Of a stretch of DNA of 36,304 nt, positions 31,484-36,304 are shown one piece after another. Location of the stretch: IMG/VR virus record IMGVR_UViG_2512047041_000001; one strand, written 5' to 3'. The position numbers were made by a program, and so were the translations under genes. The notes below the pieces were generated by a model. It searched no databases. It had not been told where the DNA came from and was given only the letters and a program-made list of their open reading frames with translations. Position 1 is the stretch's first letter, and each line of letters starts with the position of its first letter. Origin of the DNA: a virus (Duplodnaviria > Heunggongvirae > Uroviricota > Caudoviricetes).

Positions 31484-33889
31484 GTGGATATGGCAGCAGT
31501 AAAAATCTCAGGTGTGCTGAAAGATGGTGCGGGAAAACCAATACAGAACTGCACTATTCAACTGAAGGCAAAGCGTAACAGCACCACGGTACTGGTGAAC
31601 ACGGTGGCCTCTGAAAATCCGGATGAAGCCGGGCGTTACAGCATGGATGTTGAGTATGGCCAGTACAGCGTTATCCTGCTTGTTGAAGGTTTTCCGCCTT
31701 CACATGCCGGAACCATTACCGTCTATGAAGGTTCCAGACCAGGTACGCTGAATGATTTTCTCGGTGCCATGACGGAAGATGATGTCATGCCGGAGGCATT
31801 GCGTCGTTTTGAGGAAATGGTGGAAGAAGCGGCACGCAACGCCGAAGCCGCCTCTCAGAGCGCAGCGGCGGCAAAGAAATCCGAAACTGCAGCGGCATCA
31901 TCGAAGAACGCGGCGAAAACCTCAGAAACGAATGCAGCTAATAGTGCACAGGCGGCAGCGACCTCACAGACTGCATCAGAAAACTCCGCGACAGCAGCCA
32001 AAAAATCAGAAACCAACGCGAAAAATAGCGAGACAGCCGCAAAGACGAGCGAAACCAACGCAAAGTCCAGCCAGACGGCAGCGAAGACCAGCGAAACGAA
32101 TGCCAAAGCCAGTGAAACTGCGGCAAAAAACAGCCAGGTTGCAGCAGCCCAAAGCGAGAGCGCGGCAGCCGGTTCTGCGACTTCAGCAACTGGATCAGCA
32201 ACTGCTGCGGCTAACAGCCAGAAAGCTGCGAAGACGAGTGAAACTAACGCAAAGTCCAGCCAGACGGCAGCGAAGACCAGCGAAACGAATGCCAAAGCCA
32301 GTGAAACTGCGGCGAAAAACAGTCAGGATGCAGCAGCCCAAAGCGAGAGTGCCGCAGCTGGTTCTGCAAGTGCGGCGGCTTCTTCTGCCTCTGCATCAGC
32401 CAACAGTCAAAAAGCTGCAAAAACCAGTGAAACCAACGCAAAGGCGAGCGAGACTGCGGCGGCTAACTCAGCGAAAGCATCGGCAGCAAGCCAGACGGCT
32501 GCAAAAGCAAGTGAAGACGCAGCCAGAGAGTATGCAAGCCAGGCTGCGGAGCCGTATAAACAAGTTTTGCAGCCGCTTCCCGATGTGTGGATACCGTTTA
32601 ACGATTCACTGGATATGATTACGGGCTTTTCGCCGTCATATAAAAAGATTGTTATTGGTGATGATGAAATAACGATGCCTGGCGATAAGGTTGTAAAGTT
32701 TAAACGCGCATCAACTGCCACATATATCAATAAATCAGGCGTATTTAGTGTTGCTAAAATTGATGAGCCACGATTTGAAAAAGAAGGTTTATTGATTGAA
32801 GGACAGCGCACTAACTATTTTGTTAAATCCAATATCCCCGCTGAATGGACGAGTACCAGCAATATCGATAAAACTAATAATGGTGTTGATGAATTTGGTT
32901 TTTCATATGCCAAAATGCGAACAAAAGATAATATGACAGGACAATCATCTGCACTTAGTCTGCATACATGCAGTGCATCCCGGGGGATTGATGTTAGTGG
33001 CGATAATAAGTATTGCACTGTTTCATGCAGGGTTAAAGCTCCTGATGGTCTTCGTTGTCGTTTGCGTTTTGAAAAATACGATGGGTCGGTTTATACATTT
33101 TTAGGAGATGCTTATTTAACTTTCGGAACTCTGATAATAGAAAAAACTGGCGGAGCAGCCAATAGAATAGCAGCTACTGCAACTAAAGATCCGGTTACAG
33201 GGTGGATTTTCTATGAGGCAACTATAGAAGCTGTTGAAGGTGAAACCTTAATTGGCGCAATGATTCAGTATGCGCCGAAAAAAGGTGGTGTAACTGAAGC
33301 GGGAGATTATATTTACCTTGCAACACCACAATTTGAAAACGGCGGATGTGCTTCATCTTTTGTTATTACGACAACTGTACCCGCAACCCGCTCCAGTGAT
33401 ATGGTGACGATCCCAACTGAAAATAATATCTATAATAGACCGCTTACGTGCCTGGTCGAGGTTAATAGAAATTGGGGCGATATTCCTCCTAATGTAGCAC
33501 CGCGTATTTTTGATTTTTCTGGTGTGCCACCTATTGAGTCAATTACATACGCTTTTAACACAACTGAGAAATATTACGGTCAGCTTTATATGCAAACTTA
33601 TAAAGCGTCGACAAGTACTTACGTTTCTAGTGTGTTTGCTGGTCGAACTGATGTTCGAAAATTCATTGGTGGTTTTAATATTTATTCTGATGGTACTAAA
33701 CGAGTAGTTTCTAACGGTGAGGCTACTAAAACCATGAAAACGGAGTGGACGGGCGTAAAAACACGGACCTTTATTCGAATTGGAGGTCAAGCCACATCGG
33801 GAACTCGTCATCTATTCGGCCATTTGAGAAATCTTCGTCTCTGGCATAAAGAATTAACTGATGCGCAAATGGGGGAGAGTATTAAATGA
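31484..33889 (+). CDS. stf: Side tail fibre Stf, mosaic: lambda-Stf-like N-terminus, tandem fibre repeats, and a low-GC C-terminal domain with LamG-like signature
   Basis: N-terminus MAAVKISGVLKDGAGKPIQNCTIQLKA as in lambda Stf; repeated AAKTSETNAK units; C-terminal GHLRNLRLWHKELTDAQM resembles the LamG-type motif. Confidence 0.8.
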   Translation: MDMAAVKISGVLKDGAGKPIQNCTIQLKAKRNSTTVLVNTVASENPDEAGRYSMDVEYGQYSVILLVEGFPPSHAGTITVYEGSRPGTLNDFLGAMTEDDVMPEALRRFEEMVEEAARNAEAASQSAAAAKKSETAAASSKNAAKTSETNAANSAQAAATSQTASENSATAAKKSETNAKNSETAAKTSETNAKSSQTAAKTSETNAKASETAAKNSQVAAAQSESAAAGSATSATGSATAAANSQKAAKTSETNAKSSQTAAKTSETNAKASETAAKNSQDAAAQSESAAAGSASAAASSASASANSQKAAKTSETNAKASETAAANSAKASAASQTAAKASEDAAREYASQAAEPYKQVLQPLPDVWIPFNDSLDMITGFSPSYKKIVIGDDEITMPGDKVVKFKRASTATYINKSGVFSVAKIDEPRFEKEGLLIEGQRTNYFVKSNIPAEWTSTSNIDKTNNGVDEFGFSYAKMRTKDNMTGQSSALSLHTCSASRGIDVSGDNKYCTVSCRVKAPDGLRCRLRFEKYDGSVYTFLGDAYLTFGTLIIEKTGGAANRIAATATKDPVTGWIFYEATIEAVEGETLIGAMIQYAPKKGGVTEAGDYIYLATPQFENGGCASSFVITTTVPATRSSDMVTIPTENNIYNRPLTCLVEVNRNWGDIPPNVAPRIFDFSGVPPIESITYAFNTTEKYYGQLYMQTYKASTSTYVSSVFAGRTDVRKFIGGFNIYSDGTKRVVSNGEATKTMKTEWTGVKTRTFIRIGGQATSGTRHLFGHLRNLRLWHKELTDAQMGESIK
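31990..32520 (+). repeat. Tandem direct repeats inside stf (about 180-bp units, with about 42-bp sub-repeats encoding ...AAKTSETNAKxSxT...)
   Basis: Near-identical segments around 32033-32140 and 32222-32330 read directly. Confidence 0.8.
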
Positions 33890-34167
33890 AAGATTTAACG
33901 CTCAAATTTGCAGACAGGGCCGACTTTTCGGCCTTTATGGAGAGTATTGGCTATTATGATGACGAGTCGATGCAGGATGATATTCTTATTGACGTGATAG
34001 GTAACGTGTACAAAGAAACCGGAGAACTGACTGAAGATGGCGAACCGGTATGTGTTAAGGAGGACGGATATTTTGTAAACGTGCGCATCATTAATGATGC
34101 AAAAAAATCGTCAATATTCGATAAATACGCGATTGTTGTTGAGCATCAACTTCGTGGCTGGATGTGA
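33886..34167 (+). CDS. Hypothetical acidic protein (93 aa), translationally coupled to stf
   Basis: ATGA overlap with the stf stop; low-GC; no recognisable family. Confidence 0.5.
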   Translation: MKDLTLKFADRADFSAFMESIGYYDDESMQDDILIDVIGNVYKETGELTEDGEPVCVKEDGYFVNVRIINDAKKSSIFDKYAIVVEHQLRGWM

Positions 34168-34176
34168 GGGAGACAA

Positions 34177-34881
34177 ATGGCTACATCGACAGTAATTCCA
34201 GGAGACATCACCACGTTAAAGGGAGATGTCAGTAAAGCCAAGGAAGATATTTCCTCAATTAACGGAAAAGTATCAACGCTTCAGACTGATATGACCAGTG
34301 CAAAGCAGGATATCAGCACCAGATACACAAAAACTGAAGTTGATAATAAGCTGAAAAACAAAGTGGAAGTGAACGATCTGGAAAGTGGTCGTTATGGTGG
34401 AGATTTTTACCCGCTGACTGGTCGTGAAGCGTTTTATTTGTGGGGATTGGGCACGACTACAGCGGCGGCAAACCTTTATCTTAATCCTGACCCCGCAATT
34501 TCGTCTGTACTGCGGTCCACATCGTCTATCCGCTATAAACATTCAGTAGAGACGATAGATTCGGAGCACGCCGATCTCATTTTCAGGATGCGCCCTGTGT
34601 GGTACAGGTCGCAATGCGAAAATGACAGGCGCGATTGGGGATTCTATGGATTGATTGCCGAGGAAGTAGGAGAAATTGCCCCTCAGTTTGTTCACTGGCG
34701 ACCAGCTAACGAGAATGATGCTCCTGAAGCTATTTCCAGCAATGGCCTTGTTGCCGAAGGTGTAATGTACGAACGTCTGGTTGTTCCACTGATTCACCAT
34801 ATCCAGAAACTGACTGAAAGAGTTGATGAACTTGAGTCAGAATTAAAGTTGTTATCAACTTCCCGAAGCGATATCGGATAA
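34177..34881 (+). CDS. Tail-fibre-like protein: coiled-coil N-terminus plus C-terminal intramolecular chaperone (peptidase S74-like) domain
   Basis: RBS GAGGGAG upstream; C-terminal segment SSIRYKHSVETID ... WGFYGLIAEEVGEIAPQFV ... VMYERLVVPLIHHIQKLTERVDELE fits the S74 chaperone pattern (Ser-x4-Lys, GLIAQEV-like core). Confidence 0.55.
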   Translation: MATSTVIPGDITTLKGDVSKAKEDISSINGKVSTLQTDMTSAKQDISTRYTKTEVDNKLKNKVEVNDLESGRYGGDFYPLTGREAFYLWGLGTTTAAANLYLNPDPAISSVLRSTSSIRYKHSVETIDSEHADLIFRMRPVWYRSQCENDRRDWGFYGLIAEEVGEIAPQFVHWRPANENDAPEAISSNGLVAEGVMYERLVVPLIHHIQKLTERVDELESELKLLSTSRSDIG

Positions 34882-34891
34882 AGGAGGAGTA

Positions 34892-35185
34892 ATGGATATA
34901 ACACCTTTCCTTCATGCACTTTGTGCTGTGGCTGCGCAGGTACTGGTTGGTCTTTTTACCGGAAACTGGGCTTACGGGGCGATAGCCGGTTGTACGTTCT
35001 TCATTGCGCGTGAACATACCCAGGCAGAATATCGCTGGATTGAAATGTTCGGGCATGGCAAGCGAATGAATATGCCGTGGTGGGGCGGTTTTGATCCGCG
35101 CGCGTGGGATGTGGCAAGTCTGATGGATTTTGCTGTGCCGGTGGTGGCGTGTCTGCTGGTCTGGCTGTTGGTTAATCGTGGGTGA
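34892..35185 (+). CDS. Small integral membrane protein (97 aa, 2-3 predicted transmembrane segments), unknown function
   Basis: RBS AAGGAGG upstream; hydrophobic segments LHALCAVAAQVLVGLF, AIAGCTFFIA, FAVPVVACLLVWLLV. Confidence 0.5.
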   Translation: MDITPFLHALCAVAAQVLVGLFTGNWAYGAIAGCTFFIAREHTQAEYRWIEMFGHGKRMNMPWWGGFDPRAWDVASLMDFAVPVVACLLVWLLVNRG

Positions 35186-35198
35186 AAAAAGGTGAGCT

Positions 35199-35323
35199 GT
35201 ATATGCAACGGAGGAAGAAACCTCGTTGCGGGAAGCCTGGAAGAAGTATCGGGTGTTGCTGAACCGTGTTGATACATCAACTGCACCTGATATTGAGTGG
35301 CCTACGAACCCTGTCAGGGAGTA
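35199..35323 (+). pseudogene. tfa: 3' remnant of a tail fibre assembly gene (tfa): the last ~40 codons only
   Basis: Translation ...[38 protein letters not shown] matches the conserved Tfa C-terminus; in-frame stop directly upstream. Confidence 0.7.
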
Positions 35324-35378
35324 ATCATTGGGATTATGCCGCAGCACGTCTTAAGCAAGAACGTGCTGCGGTTGGATG

Positions 35379-36047
35379 CTATTTTTTCCCTGAAGCGGAA
35401 AACATTACTACAGTACCTTGAACCTTGGTTTTAACATTCTCGAAATGCTCTGAGAGTATATGTGTTAAGCCTTCTTCGGAATCTTTTGTGTTTGAAAAGA
35501 TGCCTTTCTGATTGTAAATGCGCATCAGTTTTTGACCGAAGCTATTGTGCACAACTCCATCGCCAAGAATTGTGGCTCCGTATAGAGTTCCATCGTCAGT
35601 TAAGGCCTGCGCCGCATTGCGTATTACACAGCTTTTTGTAGATATATTTCCAGGCAGGCAGTGAAGAAGGTAAAACATGGAAATGGAATCAAATTGACCA
35701 TGTAACGCCGCGGGATAAGGTTCAAAAACATCATGGCTAATTTTATGTTTAATTTTTGATTCCCCAGCCCTTGTAGATGCCGCGTTCAGGCTAGCTTCGT
35801 TCAAATCCATTAAAGATATCAGACTACTCTCAGGTACGTGAGTAAGGTAAAACCCAGTTCCAACACCAATATCCAGATGGTTGTTACCTAAATGTTCCAG
35901 AAAGTGTGGAAGAAGGTGTTCCTTTGTAGGACATCCCCATGCAAGCCGATTTGATACTCCCAAAACCCACCAGTCATAAAGCTTTAGGGTAAGTGGTGTG
36001 TAAATTTTAGCCCCATCATCTGTGTTTTTTTTCATTAATTTCACCAT
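35379..36047 (-). CDS. ybcY: Class I SAM-dependent methyltransferase (YbcY-like), low-GC
   Basis: Motif I LDIGVGTGFY, acidic beta-2 end (LMDLN), motif FDSISMFYLLHCLPG; no DPPY/NPPY DNA-methyltransferase motif; flanked by tfa fragments as remembered for DLP12. Confidence 0.65.
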   Translation of the reverse strand: MVKLMKKNTDDGAKIYTPLTLKLYDWWVLGVSNRLAWGCPTKEHLLPHFLEHLGNNHLDIGVGTGFYLTHVPESSLISLMDLNEASLNAASTRAGESKIKHKISHDVFEPYPAALHGQFDSISMFYLLHCLPGNISTKSCVIRNAAQALTDDGTLYGATILGDGVVHNSFGQKLMRIYNQKGIFSNTKDSEEGLTHILSEHFENVKTKVQGTVVMFSASGKK

Positions 36048-36103
36048 GTTATAGTTTTATTTGTGAATTAAATCAATTATGGCGATGAATTACAAGGGGT
36101 TAA

Positions 36104-36304
36104 ATGCTGCCGCAGCATAGCGATATTGAAATAGCCTGGTATGCTTCGATACAGCAGGAGCCGAATGGCTGGAAGACCGTCACCACACAGTTCTACATCC
36201 AGGAATTCAGTGAGTATATTGCGCCACTGCAGGATGCTGGGAAATCGCAACGGAGGAAGAAAGATCGTTGCTGGAGGCATGGAATAAATATCGGGTATTG
36301 TTGA
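36104..36304 (+). pseudogene. tfa: 5'-truncated, frameshifted tail fibre assembly gene fragment (tfa-like), running to the window edge
   Basis: HSDIEIAWYASIQQEPNGWKTVTTQFYIQEFSEYIAPLQDA matches Tfa family proteins; the conserved continuation EIATEEERSLLEAWNKYRVLL is in a different frame from about 36245; no Tfa N-terminus upstream. Confidence 0.65.

Noticed and set aside
31779-32618. 279-aa arginine-rich ORF overlapping stf in another frame
   Set aside because: Artefact of the tandem fibre repeats; the translation is low-complexity (R/Q/K/P-rich) and lies wholly within the stf coding frame.
36077-36280. 67-aa minus-strand ORF at the right edge
   Set aside because: Antisense to the tfa-like fragment, which has clear family resemblance on the plus strand.

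Overview
This window is about 36 kb of a lambdoid prophage of the Escherichia/Shigella type, read from the protein translations alone; no database search or computation was run. Left to right: an IS3-family element (IS629/IS1203-like) cut by the window edge; a DLP12-like nin/late-regulation region (ybcL, ybcM, ylcH, ybcN, ninE, ybcO, rusA, ylcG, Q); an AT-rich moron island between Q and the lysis genes (Blc-like lipocalin, a DUF523/DUF1722 RudS-like protein, an AraC-family regulator); a phage-21/DLP12-type lysis cassette (pinholin, SAR endolysin, Rz with embedded Rz1, bor); a lambda-type cos site; and a near-complete lambda-like head and tail gene set (Nu1 through J, then lom and stf). The head gene FI is interrupted by a second IS3-family element (IS911-like) with a 3-bp target duplication. 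The side tail fibre gene has a low-GC C-terminal module, and the usual tfa position is occupied by three unassigned genes, followed by a tfa remnant, a ybcY-like methyltransferase on the opposite strand, and a second tfa fragment. The most promising candidates for an undescribed system are the three-gene cassette after stf and the Q-to-lysis cargo module. No CRISPR array, tRNA or rRNA gene was recognised.
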